Shown piece by piece: positions 41,485 through 51,200 of a stretch of 64,000 nucleotides of DNA. The position numbers were made by a program, and so were the translations under genes. The notes under the pieces were generated by a model. It did not search any database and was not told where the DNA came from. It saw only the letters and a program-made list of their open reading frames with translations. The stretch lies in the sequence record PX104380.1. The stretch is one strand, 5' to 3'. This DNA comes from a phage. Position 1 is the stretch's first letter. Every line of letters starts with the position of its first letter.

Positions 41485-41870
41485 TTATTAAAATCAGCCA
41501 CAATTGTTTCCGCAACAAGTTGAGCAGCAACAATTAGACGTTCATCTGCATTACCGCAATAATCATCTTCAAGACGTTCACCGCATGAAGTCATAATAAA
41601 TTTAGCGCCAGCATTTAGAGATTCTGTCGTATGTTTACGCATTAGTTCAATCCATTTATCACTCACTTCACGATCGATAGCTTCATAATACGCATGACGA
41701 GCAGGTGCAGATTTAATTTTGTTCTGTATAACTTCCATTGCGTTATCAGAAAGAGACAAAACCCATGCTCGACGAATTTTATTTTGGTTTTGCGGATTTG
41801 ATTCAGAACGCACGTGTTTTGGCTGAATATCTTTTACATCAACAGTATAATTCACAGTAATTTTAGTCAT
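41481..41870 (-). CDS. rpbA: RNA polymerase-binding protein RpbA
   Basis: 129 aa between 45 and 46. Confidence 0.8.
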   Translation of the reverse strand: MTKITVNYTVDVKDIQPKHVRSESNPQNQNKIRRAWVLSLSDNAMEVIQNKIKSAPARHAYYEAIDREVSDKWIELMRKHTTESLNAGAKFIMTSCGERLEDDYCGNADERLIVAAQLVAETIVADFNK

Positions 41871-41879
41871 AATACACCT

Positions 41880-42068
41880 TTAGTCATAATAATCAGTAAC
41901 AGTCCAAGCTTCATTTCTATTGGACATTATTTTTGTATATTCTGCTTTAAATGCATTCCTAAGCATAGATTCAGTAACTATATGCTCTTCATTGGAAAAA
42001 TTATTTCTCAGAATATATCGTTTTATTTCAGGAAAAGTTAATAAATGCTGTCCAGTTGAATATTCCAT
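41880..42068 (-). CDS. Hypothetical protein (62 aa)
   Basis: ORF. Confidence 0.45.
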   Translation of the reverse strand: MEYSTGQHLLTFPEIKRYILRNNFSNEEHIVTESMLRNAFKAEYTKIMSNRNEAWTVTDYYD

Positions 42069-42123
42069 GTTTTTCCTCCATAGAGATTATACTCTAATAA
42101 ATTAAAGCATAATCTCTTATAAA

Positions 42124-43806
42124 TTAAACCATTACAGTAAATCGACCAACTTTCTTCATTTGAAGATGCTGACCGTATTCTTGTGGGTCATGGTCTTTAT
42201 GCGAAATTATAAAAACATTAGTGTTTTTCATTGAATTTATAATATTAGCTACACCTTTAATACCTTCGGCATCAAATGACCCATCAAACACTTCATCGAG
42301 TATTAATGTACTAATACTAACACCAGATACAATAGAAGCAATATCACGCCAAGTAAATAAAAGAGCAATATCGATTCGTGCCTTTTCACCTTCACTAAAT
42401 GAAGCATAACTAAAATCTTCGCGACCACGGGATTTAATTGTCTCATTAAATTCTTCATCTAATGTAAACACATAATCCGCTTCCATTATTTTAAGATAAT
42501 GGTTAATCTGCTTATTAAATAATGGAATGTACTTTTTAATAATAGCACCTTTAATACCAGAATCTTTGAGCATATCAGTCAAAATTCCTCGGTGGTATTT
42601 TTCCATTACTAAATTAGTTTTTGTCTTAACAATTTTATCAAGTTCTTCTTGAAGCAGTGCTATTTCATCAGCATGGTCAATAAACTCAGAAGATGCTTTT
42701 TCTATAGCCGCTTTAACTTTTTTAGCTTTATCTACCGTCGTGATTAGAGATTGCTTTTTATTGCGAATATCATTTGCCAACGACTGTTGGGTTTTAATAT
42801 TATCTCGGTATTCATCAACAAGAACTTTTAAATTATCACGATGTGTTGAAAGCTGTTCAAACGAATGCGTGCATTCAGAAACTTTATCTTTAATTTTAGA
42901 AACAACTTTATCACCGGAACTCAATTGTGACAAACAGGTTGGACATAATCCACTTTCGTGATACATATTAATGACTTTATTATACGAGTCAATTTTTGAT
43001 TTAATTAAAACTGCTTCTTGACCGATTTTATTAAATGCATCAGTCGGGTCTTCATCCAAAACAATATTAACTAATCTTTCATTAGCTTCTTCTATTTCCG
43101 ATTTTAGCGTTCTAGCTTCTTTTGCCAAATCATCATACATATTTTGAAGACGAGTAAGGTTGTCACCTGTTAATTTTTTCTGGCGTTCAACGTTATCATT
43201 ATATATTTTAATTTGTTGGATAATACTATCTTTTTTAACATCAAGCACTTGGTTTTGTGAATTTAATTCACGTATTAGTGCTTTATTAAGCTTATCCATT
43301 TCAGCTAATGTTCCTACCTCAAGCAGGTCTTCCACAAGCTTTCTTCGCGCAGGGGTCGACAAACCCATGAAAGGGGTATACCCTGCTGTACCAAGGACAA
43401 CAATCTGCTTGAAACTGGCATATGACATTCCGATAAGCTGTTCAAATTCTGCTTGGAAATCTTTACTGCTGGCAGATTCATTAAGACGTGTACCGTTAAC
43501 GGTGATTTCGAAAACGTTTGGTTTTTGTCCTCTTTTGATATAATACTTTTTCTCATCATATTCCATCCACAGTTCAACTAAAAGTTCTTTCTTATTTGTG
43601 CTGTTTATTAATTGACCTTTCTTTACATCACGAAATGGCTTACCAAAAAGCCCAAATGTGATGGCTTCTAACATAGTAGACTTACCACCGCCATTTCGTC
43701 CAGTAATAAGAGTTTTTTGAACCTTATCTAATTGAATGTCAACTCCATTTTGACCAACTGACATTATATTTTTATATTTTACTCGGTTTAATTTAAAATT
43801 CTTCAC
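42124..43806 (-). CDS. 46: Recombination nuclease subunit gp46 (Rad50/SbcC-like)
   Basis: 560 aa; Walker A GRNGGGKST, coiled-coil middle. Confidence 0.95.
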   Translation of the reverse strand: MKNFKLNRVKYKNIMSVGQNGVDIQLDKVQKTLITGRNGGGKSTMLEAITFGLFGKPFRDVKKGQLINSTNKKELLVELWMEYDEKKYYIKRGQKPNVFEITVNGTRLNESASSKDFQAEFEQLIGMSYASFKQIVVLGTAGYTPFMGLSTPARRKLVEDLLEVGTLAEMDKLNKALIRELNSQNQVLDVKKDSIIQQIKIYNDNVERQKKLTGDNLTRLQNMYDDLAKEARTLKSEIEEANERLVNIVLDEDPTDAFNKIGQEAVLIKSKIDSYNKVINMYHESGLCPTCLSQLSSGDKVVSKIKDKVSECTHSFEQLSTHRDNLKVLVDEYRDNIKTQQSLANDIRNKKQSLITTVDKAKKVKAAIEKASSEFIDHADEIALLQEELDKIVKTKTNLVMEKYHRGILTDMLKDSGIKGAIIKKYIPLFNKQINHYLKIMEADYVFTLDEEFNETIKSRGREDFSYASFSEGEKARIDIALLFTWRDIASIVSGVSISTLILDEVFDGSFDAEGIKGVANIINSMKNTNVFIISHKDHDPQEYGQHLQMKKVGRFTVMV

Positions 43807-44066
43807 AAAAGATTCCTTTTAATGTATCTTTTAGACCATTCTATCATATCATCATAATCTAAAAAGTATTCATCAAATTCAGCCATGCAAACAACACCTT
43901 GTGCTGCTTTTGATGTGATATAAATTATTCCAACATATCTAGAATCTTCTTCGGTATAATCAATATTTGCTATGAATTCATCATTAATGTCAAATGTCGA
44001 AAACTTCACTGTATGCATCCTTAATACAAGATACAGCCATATCTCGTAATGATTTAGGTGTGTCAT
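43803..44066 (-). CDS. Hypothetical protein (87 aa, 46.1 position)
   Basis: ORF. Confidence 0.5.
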   Translation of the reverse strand: MTHLNHYEIWLYLVLRMHTVKFSTFDINDEFIANIDYTEEDSRYVGIIYITSKAAQGVVCMAEFDEYFLDYDDMIEWSKRYIKRNLL

Positions 44067-44253
44067 TATCTAAAATGTTGAAGTTAAAAGATACAGCCCA
44101 GTCAGTGCAGACCGTGACCTTTTTAATACAATTATCTTCAACCTCTAGCGGTTCAAACCAATATTCAATAATTTCTTTATGCCCAATATCATCTTTTACT
44201 TCGCATTCAAAATGCTGACTCATCATAACATTTTTAAATTCATCAAAAGTCAT
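43990..44253 (-). CDS. Hypothetical protein (87 aa, 46.2 position)
   Basis: ORF; start may be internal because of overlap. Confidence 0.45.
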   Translation of the reverse strand: MTFDEFKNVMMSQHFECEVKDDIGHKEIIEYWFEPLEVEDNCIKKVTVCTDWAVSFNFNILDNDTPKSLRDMAVSCIKDAYSEVFDI

Positions 44254-45269
44254 TGTGTTGCCTCTACATATAACTGATTTGCATATTGAATAAGTGCTTC
44301 ACGGTCAGAATCAGTGATGTCTGGAATTGCATTAATGTATTCTTCCATCAACGTCTGAAGCGATTGAACTTCAACTTCTTCACTATCATCTGACTCGACA
44401 GAGTTATCAATCTTTGACACAACTCGTAATGAATGCACAACTTTTTCTAGTTCAGATTCGAACTTCGTTAGATTTTTGTCTACTTCAGTTACTATAACAC
44501 GTACTGATAGATTTGTAAAATCTTTATAGTCAATTTTTCCTTTAAATGGATAATGAATTCTACGATGCCAGGTAGTATTGTTTGGAATAAATTCCATTCG
44601 TTCTGTTTCTGTATCAAACATCCAGAACCCACGAGGGTCATTCTCGTCACCTGCAGTTAGTGTCCATGGTGTCCCAATATATCTGACATTAGCAGCCTCA
44701 GAGATAGTATGGAAGTGACCAGACCACACTTCTTTATAAGTCTTAAGGAAATCAGGTTCAAGACCATGAGATTTCATTCCTTTATAAAAATAAAATCCGT
44801 TCAGTTCCCAGTGACCAACACAAAAAGAAGCAGATGAAGTTTTGATGTGCTCAAGAATTTCACCAGTATTTTCTTCACACATCCAAGGAATTAAATCAAT
44901 TAAACATCCGTCAAAATCTACCGTAGTAGGCTTATCATATACTTTAACATTAGGATATTTAGCCAAAAGCTCAGTAGAGGCATTTGGGGTTAAAGTATTT
45001 TTAAAGTGCATATCATGGTTTCCTACAACAGTATGTAGGGTAATACCGGCATCATCAAGCATTTGAACTATTTCACGAGCGAACTCCATAGTTTTATGCG
45101 TGATCGCTTTTCGTACATCAAAAATATCACCATATTGAATCCATACAGTAATTCCATTTTTCTTAGAATATTCTATCGCTTGCTTAATTCCATCAATTTG
45201 AATACCGCGAATCCACTCATCATCAGCTTTAACGCCTAAATGCCAATCACCTAAATTTAAAATTTTCAT
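44250..45269 (-). CDS. 47: Recombination nuclease subunit gp47 (Mre11/SbcD-like)
   Basis: 339 aa; phosphoesterase motifs GDWH, GNHD. Confidence 0.95.
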   Translation of the reverse strand: MKILNLGDWHLGVKADDEWIRGIQIDGIKQAIEYSKKNGITVWIQYGDIFDVRKAITHKTMEFAREIVQMLDDAGITLHTVVGNHDMHFKNTLTPNASTELLAKYPNVKVYDKPTTVDFDGCLIDLIPWMCEENTGEILEHIKTSSASFCVGHWELNGFYFYKGMKSHGLEPDFLKTYKEVWSGHFHTISEAANVRYIGTPWTLTAGDENDPRGFWMFDTETERMEFIPNNTTWHRRIHYPFKGKIDYKDFTNLSVRVIVTEVDKNLTKFESELEKVVHSLRVVSKIDNSVESDDSEEVEVQSLQTLMEEYINAIPDITDSDREALIQYANQLYVEATQ

Positions 45270-45406
45270 ATATCAAGAACCGTCATTGAAATGCAAAATA
45301 AAATTATTGAAATAAACCCATCTGGTGTGCTAAAGAACCCAATCCAACATGCTCTAGTGAATAGATAAAATGCAAGAAAAAGTATCACATATCCAAGAAA
45401 TATCAT
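45266..45406 (-). CDS. Small membrane protein (46 aa, 47.1 position)
   Basis: ATG 45406 behind GGAGG; MIFLGYVILFLAFYLFTRACWIGFFSTPDGFISIILFCISMTVLDI. Confidence 0.45.
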   Translation of the reverse strand: MIFLGYVILFLAFYLFTRACWIGFFSTPDGFISIILFCISMTVLDI

Positions 45407-45430
45407 TGTATCAAACCTCCGTATAAAGCT

Positions 45431-45448
45431 AAAGGGCCGAAGCCCTTT
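45431..45448 (-). other. UUCG hairpin downstream of a-gt
   Basis: - strand AAAGGGC-TTCG-GCCCTTT; flank ATAAAGCTAAAGG also present at 13687. Confidence 0.5.
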
Positions 45449-46649
45449 ATTTTGTAATAATGTCAAACTGTTCTTTAAAGCAGAAGCTTGAATCTTGATG
45501 CTGATACAAAAATTCATAAGCTTTTTCGCGTTCGCGGTCATAAAGAGTTCGGTCAGATGACAGTTCTTTAATACGCTCGAATGTTGATTCCATGTCATTT
45601 TCATCAAACCAAACGATACCGCTATCATGAGAAATTAATGGAGTGTTATCAACACGGAATTTTAAATTTTCGCCAGTAGATTTCCAAAATACCGGAATTG
45701 TTCCACATGCACCAAGCTCGAGATGAGTATATTCTAAAGAACGCTGTAGATATTTTTTGTCCAACTTACTCAGCTGATAACCAAAACCGGATTTACTCAT
45801 ACGTTCAAGCATTTCGCTATTTACATAACGGTCAAGAATTTGCGTTGGCAAATTAGGAGCAATTTTAATTTGGTCTACTTGATGAAGACGATAATACTCG
45901 TATGGAATTCCTTTTTCTTTAATAGGAATGAACGCTGGAGAACGTTCCAGACCTTCCATAATAGTACTTAGTCCTGCAGGTTTAAGATGTTTTTCATGAA
46001 AATCAAACATCTGATAAAAACCTTTCCATGTAGTCGTACGACCAATCCAACGGTTGATATTCATGTTAATTTCAGAAACATCTTTCCAGTAGGTTGACCG
46101 AACCTTCGCAATATCCATAGGAGGCTGAAAGTTATATACGGTCGGCGCTTCTTCAATATCATCAAACAGAGAAACAGTTTCTGGATACCATTCTTTCATC
46201 AGAACTTTATTAAAATCACCATTATCAGAATGGCTAAAAATAACATCAGCTCGACGAACAGTTTCTTCTAATCCCAAATTTCGACGCAAAGAAAGAGAAG
46301 AATGGTCGTGTTGATAAACTACAACACGAACAGAAGGTTTAATGTTATCAATAATTTTTTTATAGTTATTAATAGTGTCTTCTTCAACCGAAGTAGCAGG
46401 AACCGAATTGATAATTAGAATATCACAATCATTTACCAGCTTAAGTGTTTTATCGTATTCTTTTGCCAATAAAACCGGAATTGAAAATGATTTATAATCA
46501 TGCGCACAATTACGAGTAAATGATTTATCTTTAGCATAAACCAAAGTTACTTCATGACCATTTTTAATAAACCAATCACGTTGCTCAAGAGAAAATTTAG
46601 TTACACCACAACCTTCAAGACCTCGAGCCATAAAAATACATACTTTCAT
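45447..46649 (-). CDS. a-gt: DNA alpha-glucosyltransferase
   Basis: 400 aa; MKVCIFMARGLEGCGVTKFSLEQRDWFIKNGHEVTLVYAKDKSF matches remembered T4 alpha-gt. Confidence 0.93.
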   Translation of the reverse strand: MKVCIFMARGLEGCGVTKFSLEQRDWFIKNGHEVTLVYAKDKSFTRNCAHDYKSFSIPVLLAKEYDKTLKLVNDCDILIINSVPATSVEEDTINNYKKIIDNIKPSVRVVVYQHDHSSLSLRRNLGLEETVRRADVIFSHSDNGDFNKVLMKEWYPETVSLFDDIEEAPTVYNFQPPMDIAKVRSTYWKDVSEINMNINRWIGRTTTWKGFYQMFDFHEKHLKPAGLSTIMEGLERSPAFIPIKEKGIPYEYYRLHQVDQIKIAPNLPTQILDRYVNSEMLERMSKSGFGYQLSKLDKKYLQRSLEYTHLELGACGTIPVFWKSTGENLKFRVDNTPLISHDSGIVWFDENDMESTFERIKELSSDRTLYDREREKAYEFLYQHQDSSFCFKEQFDIITK

Positions 46650-46673
46650 TTAATATCCTCTTTGTTTTGGTTT

Positions 46674-46697
46674 ATTTTACCAAAAATTTATAAAGCA
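46674..46697 (-). promoter_or_regulatory. Candidate MotA-dependent middle promoter for a-gt
   Basis: - strand TATTGCTTTA (MotA box TGCTTTA), 11 nt, TAAAAT. Confidence 0.45.
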
Positions 46698-46700
46698 ATA

Positions 46701-46718
46701 TAGGAGCCGAAGCTCCTA
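46701..46718 (-). other. UUCG hairpin
   Basis: - strand TAGGAGC-TTCG-GCTCCTA. Confidence 0.5.
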
Positions 46719-46892
46719 TCCACATAATACATCATACAAAGGCTCATTAGAGCTTCTAAATTTTATGCGCTTATATGTTATAGTTCCTTCTGCTTTAGCT
46801 TTATCATGAGACTCTTTAAAGAGTCTCATCATTTCCTCTTTAGAGGAACGAATTTTATTATAATCTATTTCAGAAGTCTGGGTGTTCATCTT

Positions 46893-47099
46893 TCATAACT
46901 GCCACCATTTTTTGACTTGATAAGAATCAACCCACACTTTCATATTAGGGTCTGCTCTTACAATAGGAGGATTAACTTCTTTAATTGAACTATCATGGTA
47001 TTCTTTTTCAGAAATTTTCACACAAAGATGACCATTCAAAGATTCAGTAAATCCTGCATTAATTTTAAGACGCTTGAATTTTACGTGTGTAAGCATCAA
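46893..47099 (-). CDS. Hypothetical protein (68 aa)
   Basis: ORF. Confidence 0.45.
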   Translation of the reverse strand: MMLTHVKFKRLKINAGFTESLNGHLCVKISEKEYHDSSIKEVNPPIVRADPNMKVWVDSYQVKKWWQL

Positions 47100-47382
47100 T
47101 CATATCCTCAATTTGCGATCTAGTAGTCTTCCAAAGAATACTGATGAGTTCATCGTTATATGGCTGTTTTAGAATATCCCGACTTTTCTTGATAGCATAT
47201 TCGTATTGAGCAAAATTATTATTTTCAGCTGCAATCTGAGCGTGCTTATAAAGACGATTCAGTTCGCGTTTGTTTTTAGACAATAACTTATTTGCTTTTC
47301 TTTCTGCTTCAAGACGGTTCTTTTCTTCAATAGAAGAAATAAGCTTTTCCACTTCATCATTAATTTCGGGTTTATCAGTCAT
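47065..47382 (-). CDS. Hypothetical protein (about 100 aa)
   Basis: ORF; helical. Confidence 0.5.
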   Translation of the reverse strand: MTDKPEINDEVEKLISSIEEKNRLEAERKANKLLSKNKRELNRLYKHAQIAAENNNFAQYEYAIKKSRDILKQPYNDELISILWKTTRSQIEDMIDAYTRKIQAS

Positions 47383-47383
47383 A

Positions 47384-47602
47384 TTATTTCTCTAATATAA
47401 AATAAAAATCATCATCTGTTAAATGATACCGATAGTTTAATTCTACACCATTAGATTTAAAAGCGGTATCATACGGATTTTCTGGATCAATATCAATGTC
47501 AAGAGCTAAAACTTCCCTGAGATACATTTTAAGTAAATAGGGAATAGCTTCAACTTCAGGTATTTCTTCCAAGAATCCGGAGAGGTTAATCGTTAGCCTC
47601 AT
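47384..47602 (-). CDS. Hypothetical protein (72 aa)
   Basis: ORF directly downstream of gene 55. Confidence 0.5.
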
Positions 47603-48143
47603 ATAAAAAATCCAAACTAGGAGAATCGTCTACAACACTTTTCTTTTCAGCCCCCGGTGTTCTATAGGTTGATTCTTCGTAATGCGTCATTTTATCGTAG
47701 ATGTCTTGAATAAAAGTTTCATCTACTAACGCAACCATATCGTCGTCACGACTGTCATAGACATTGTGAACGAAGTAACTATATTTCTTTGCAACTTCCT
47801 TACGTTCTTTTTTAATACGCTGGACGAATGCATTAAAACAAGCTTGAGTTATATATGCATGTGGGTTTTTATATTTCGTTTCATCAAAATTATGAAGTCC
47901 TTTAATAGAAGCTTCTATACCATCTGCAATCATTTCTTGTTTCCAAGACTGGGTGTATCCTGAAAAGTTGAAACGTTTAGATAAGCCTTCTGCAATAAGC
48001 ATAATGGCTAATCCGATAGTATCATTCTGACGAACTACTTTATTTGGGTCTTTATTATTTGCTAATTCTGTTTTCCAATCAATAATAGCTTGTAAAAGCT
48101 CTTTATTGTTTACGTAATTATATTTAGGCTTAGTTTCTGACAT
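47586..48143 (-). CDS. 55: Late sigma factor gp55
   Basis: 185 aa from ATG 48143 ([24 protein letters not shown]). Confidence 0.93.
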
Positions 48144-48225
48144 TTTCACCTCTTAGCTCAATTCATAGATCTATTATATCATAATATTTGAAGATCTATC
48201 TTAAAGCATAGAGGATGAATCAATT

Positions 48226-48441
48226 TCAAGCATTCATCAGCTTAGCCGCTCCAAGAGCTGTATCTAGTGAATCAAATTGGTCAACATATTCAATCAATTC
48301 GCCGTAATTAGCATATAACCACCATTGGCTAAATTCATACTCAAGGATGAATCCGTTTCCTTCAATTTGAGTTAAACCATTGCCGTTTGTATTTACTTCA
48401 TATCCGGCAAGACGCAAATCGTTAATAAGAGCTTCGTTCAT
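48226..48441 (-). CDS. Hypothetical protein (71 aa)
   Basis: ORF. Confidence 0.5.
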   Translation of the reverse strand: MNEALINDLRLAGYEVNTNGNGLTQIEGNGFILEYEFSQWWLYANYGELIEYVDQFDSLDTALGAAKLMNA

Positions 48442-48443
48442 AA

Positions 48444-48770
48444 TTATACCTTAGTAATTTTCAGGTCTGCAAATTTTTTCTTGCGTTGATTTTTCATGCG
48501 ACGAATAGTTTTATCGGAAATTTCATGCTTTTGATAAGCTTTAGATTCTACACCAAAAGCTTTAACATCAAATTCTGACAAGATATATTGAACCAACAAT
48601 TCACGGACAGTATTGCGTCCAATCTTCTGATCATTCTGTTTCATCGTTTGATGAAGCTCTTTTTCCCATTTATCCAAAATTTGAGGAGTTACAATATCGC
48701 CTTTTTCTAGCAAAGAAACTACTTTATCATATGCGTAAGAATTAATGACGTTTTTAATTTGAATAGTCAT
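48444..48770 (-). CDS. Hypothetical protein (108 aa)
   Basis: ORF. Confidence 0.5.
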   Translation of the reverse strand: MTIQIKNVINSYAYDKVVSLLEKGDIVTPQILDKWEKELHQTMKQNDQKIGRNTVRELLVQYILSEFDVKAFGVESKAYQKHEISDKTIRRMKNQRKKKFADLKITKV

Positions 48771-48822
48771 ACATTATCCTCAATTACGTTAAAATTTTAT
48801 TATCCAAAAAGGGCCGAAGCCC

Positions 48823-49023
48823 TTAGCTAAACTGTTTGGCACCCTTCCAGCCTTCGTACATCATTGCGGCTGATATTAATATTGCTCCTGAGCAACTTGA
48901 ATATTTGTGATTCCAAAACCAGTTTAGAAAAACTTCGTCATCAATACCTTGAGCTATCATATTTTCAAAGAACTGACGACGAGATTCGGCAATTCGTTGT
49001 GATAATTTAGATTCAGGATTCAT
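48823..49023 (-). CDS. Hypothetical protein (66 aa)
   Basis: ORF. Confidence 0.45.
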   Translation of the reverse strand: MNPESKLSQRIAESRRQFFENMIAQGIDDEVFLNWFWNHKYSSCSGAILISAAMMYEGWKGAKQFS

Positions 49024-49162
49024 TTAAATTTCCCAATTACCATTTTCATCAATAAATTTAATCCAGTCATTTACTGACCACTTAGTCGTATCGCCTTTTG
49101 GAGTAACATTTAAAGTATATAGCCCTTGCTTAAAAAGCATTCGTTTGATATTCATAATTTCC

Positions 49163-49495
49163 TCAGCTGTAACGATAACACTCGTTTGATTTACGTTTAG
49201 CAACTCGTTGAGAAGTATTATAATCAAAATCATCGTCAATGTAAACTGATTTTTTCAACTTTCTTACTTCACCACGTAATTGGCGATTTAGCTCATCTTT
49301 AACTTCTGAATCAATACCTTTCATTCTACGCCATTTATCTGAGCGAAAAATGTTTTCAACCATATCTTTATGACTTACCCCATCAGGAGCTTTACGCTTT
49401 CCGAAATAGTCATAATCACGCACTTTTAAGTCTTTACGACGATATGTTTTACCCATGGAGTTTAATTTCCTTAGCAACTGAACTAAATACAGCAC
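49163..49495 (-). CDS. Hypothetical basic protein (about 100 aa)
   Basis: ORF; start uncertain. Confidence 0.4.
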   Translation of the reverse strand: MLYLVQLLRKLNSMGKTYRRKDLKVRDYDYFGKRKAPDGVSHKDMVENIFRSDKWRRMKGIDSEVKDELNRQLRGEVRKLKKSVYIDDDFDYNTSQRVAKRKSNECYRYS

Positions 49496-49631
49496 GATCG
49501 CAAATCATACGTTTATGTAACTTGAGTATAATATAGCAAACTTCAAAACTATTTACATGAGTAACGCGAACAACATTACCATTAATAAAATAATATTGTC
49601 CCTTTTTAATTTCTTTATCAACCATAACCAT
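49449..49631 (-). CDS. Hypothetical protein (60 aa)
   Basis: ORF behind early promoter. Confidence 0.45.
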   Translation of the reverse strand: MVMVDKEIKKGQYYFINGNVVRVTHVNSFEVCYIILKLHKRMICDRAVFSSVAKEIKLHG

Positions 49632-49655
49632 ATCAATTCCTCAAAGGTAATTCAT

Positions 49656-49712
49656 ATGTTAATAATACCACGGTTTGAACTTGTTGTAAACAACTTTGTG
49701 AAAAATATTTTA
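49656..49712 (-). promoter_or_regulatory. Early promoter
   Basis: GTTTAC (49686-49691), 18-bp spacer, TGGTATTAT (49662-49670). Confidence 0.55.
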
Positions 49713-49789
49713 GGGAATGATAAGAAGGGAACGATAGCTTAGAATGGTAATATACAGAATGTAAGAAAGAAAGGCCCAGAGGGCCCGTC

Positions 49790-50113
49790 TTAGTCTTCTA
49801 TGATATCTCTATCATATCCAAGTGAAATGAGAGTTTCTTTGAAGTGTTTAATGTTCTTTTGTCTAGAATCATTAATGAAAATGACAGGATACCGAATATT
49901 AAGAGATGTGAATCCAGCGCGTTTAGCAAGAGATACAATCAATGGGCGATCGTACTCAATCTTACCATTATTAGTAAGAACTTTATAGAAAGTAAAAGGA
50001 GCATTGAGCTCCTTTAGAAGTTTTGTAACTGATTGACATCCAGGACAACGACCTACTTCATCTGGAATTCCATAGACTTCAATCTTATTCTTTAAGTTCG
50101 AGTTTTGTTCCAC
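49790..50113 (-). CDS. NrdH-like glutaredoxin (CPGC), non-ATG start
   Basis: redox motif GRCPGCQ; no in-frame ATG upstream of motif; GTG at 50113 with AAGGA 10 nt upstream proposed. Confidence 0.45.
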   Translation of the reverse strand: MEQNSNLKNKIEVYGIPDEVGRCPGCQSVTKLLKELNAPFTFYKVLTNNGKIEYDRPLIVSLAKRAGFTSLNIRYPVIFINDSRQKNIKHFKETLISLGYDRDIIED

Positions 50114-50396
50114 GAGAAATAATTCCTTGGTAAGCCCAATAAGGAGGATTAGCAGAATCCTCACCAGAGTTTTCTTCAGGAAAATAAACCTGGATAACGA
50201 AGCCGGATTCATCAAAGGTAAAATAAACCGTAGGCAGTTCACCTAACAAATCGGCACGAGCGTTGATTTCTTCGAGGTCTTGTTCACGTCCAGCCCAGAA
50301 GCTTGGGTTCAGACTACATTCATAGAAATAATAGTCATTACCGAACATATCAAAACCATTCCAACTCTCTACTACATACCGCTCAAAACTAATCAT
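50085..50396 (-). CDS. Hypothetical acidic protein (103 aa)
   Basis: ORF. Confidence 0.5.
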   Translation of the reverse strand: MISFERYVVESWNGFDMFGNDYYFYECSLNPSFWAGREQDLEEINARADLLGELPTVYFTFDESGFVIQVYFPEENSGEDSANPPYWAYQGIISRGTKLELKE

Positions 50397-50398
50397 AA

Positions 50399-50614
50399 TT
50401 AAGCCTTTTTATCAAGAACCGCATTCAGCTTGTTAGTAATTTTATCCAGACGCTCATTGAACTCACTAGAAGATAAGCCCTTTTCTGGAGAAATCAAACT
50501 AATTACGAAAAATATAACAATAAAAGGAATAAGGAAAATAGCTCCAACTGCCATGAACAAAAAGAATGTTACAGTTGTAAGAAAATCAGCTAAACCTTTA
50601 CGAAATTTATACAT
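50399..50614 (-). CDS. Small membrane protein (71 aa)
   Basis: ORF with TM segment FLFMAVGAIFLIPFIVIFFVISLI. Confidence 0.5.
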   Translation of the reverse strand: MYKFRKGLADFLTTVTFFLFMAVGAIFLIPFIVIFFVISLISPEKGLSSSEFNERLDKITNKLNAVLDKKA

Positions 50615-50729
50615 ATTTTACCCTTAATTGATTAACCAAGCATTGATAAGCACTAAACTATATTGCGAATAAAATTCTGGACCAAAATGAAAAATCATAT
50701 CATTTATAGTATCCATAATGTAATTCAAT

Positions 50730-51200
50730 TTAATCATGTGTCCACACCCCATCGGTATTTGACCAAAGTCGCTGATTATCTGATCCTCGCCACAGCTTTT
50801 TAGTCGGAAGATTTTTCTCATACTTCCCATCAATAATAACATCAACATATTTAAGCATTTCTAGTTGTTTAATATCTTCAAACTTATATCCTGTCCACAA
50901 CCAAATGCTTTTATTGGGATAAAGATTTTTAATAGTTTGAACCACAGAGTGAATCACGTCTCTGTTATCAGGATAAAGAGGGTCACCTCCGGTTATAGTT
51001 AATCCTTCTATATAATCATTATTCAAACATTCAATCAATTGTTCTAGTGTTTCACCAGTGAATGGAATACCATTTCTAGCATTCCATGTTGATTTATTAT
51101 AACACCCTTCGCATTTATGCAAACAACCTGTAACGAAAAGAACGACCCTGCATCCAGGGCCATTCACAAAGCAGCACGGGTATATTCTGTCATAATTCAT
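50730..51200 (-). CDS. nrdG: Anaerobic ribonucleotide reductase activase NrdG (radical SAM)
   Basis: 156 aa from ATG 51200; CxxxCxxC motif CLHKCEGCYNK. Confidence 0.88.
   Translation of the reverse strand: MNYDRIYPCCFVNGPGCRVVLFVTGCLHKCEGCYNKSTWNARNGIPFTGETLEQLIECLNNDYIEGLTITGGDPLYPDNRDVIHSVVQTIKNLYPNKSIWLWTGYKFEDIKQLEMLKYVDVIIDGKYEKNLPTKKLWRGSDNQRLWSNTDGVWTHD

Noticed and set aside
45266-45628. 120-aa ORF overlapping the 3' end of a-gt
   Set aside because: Upstream part overlaps a-gt coding sequence; trimmed to the 46-aa membrane ORF starting at 45406
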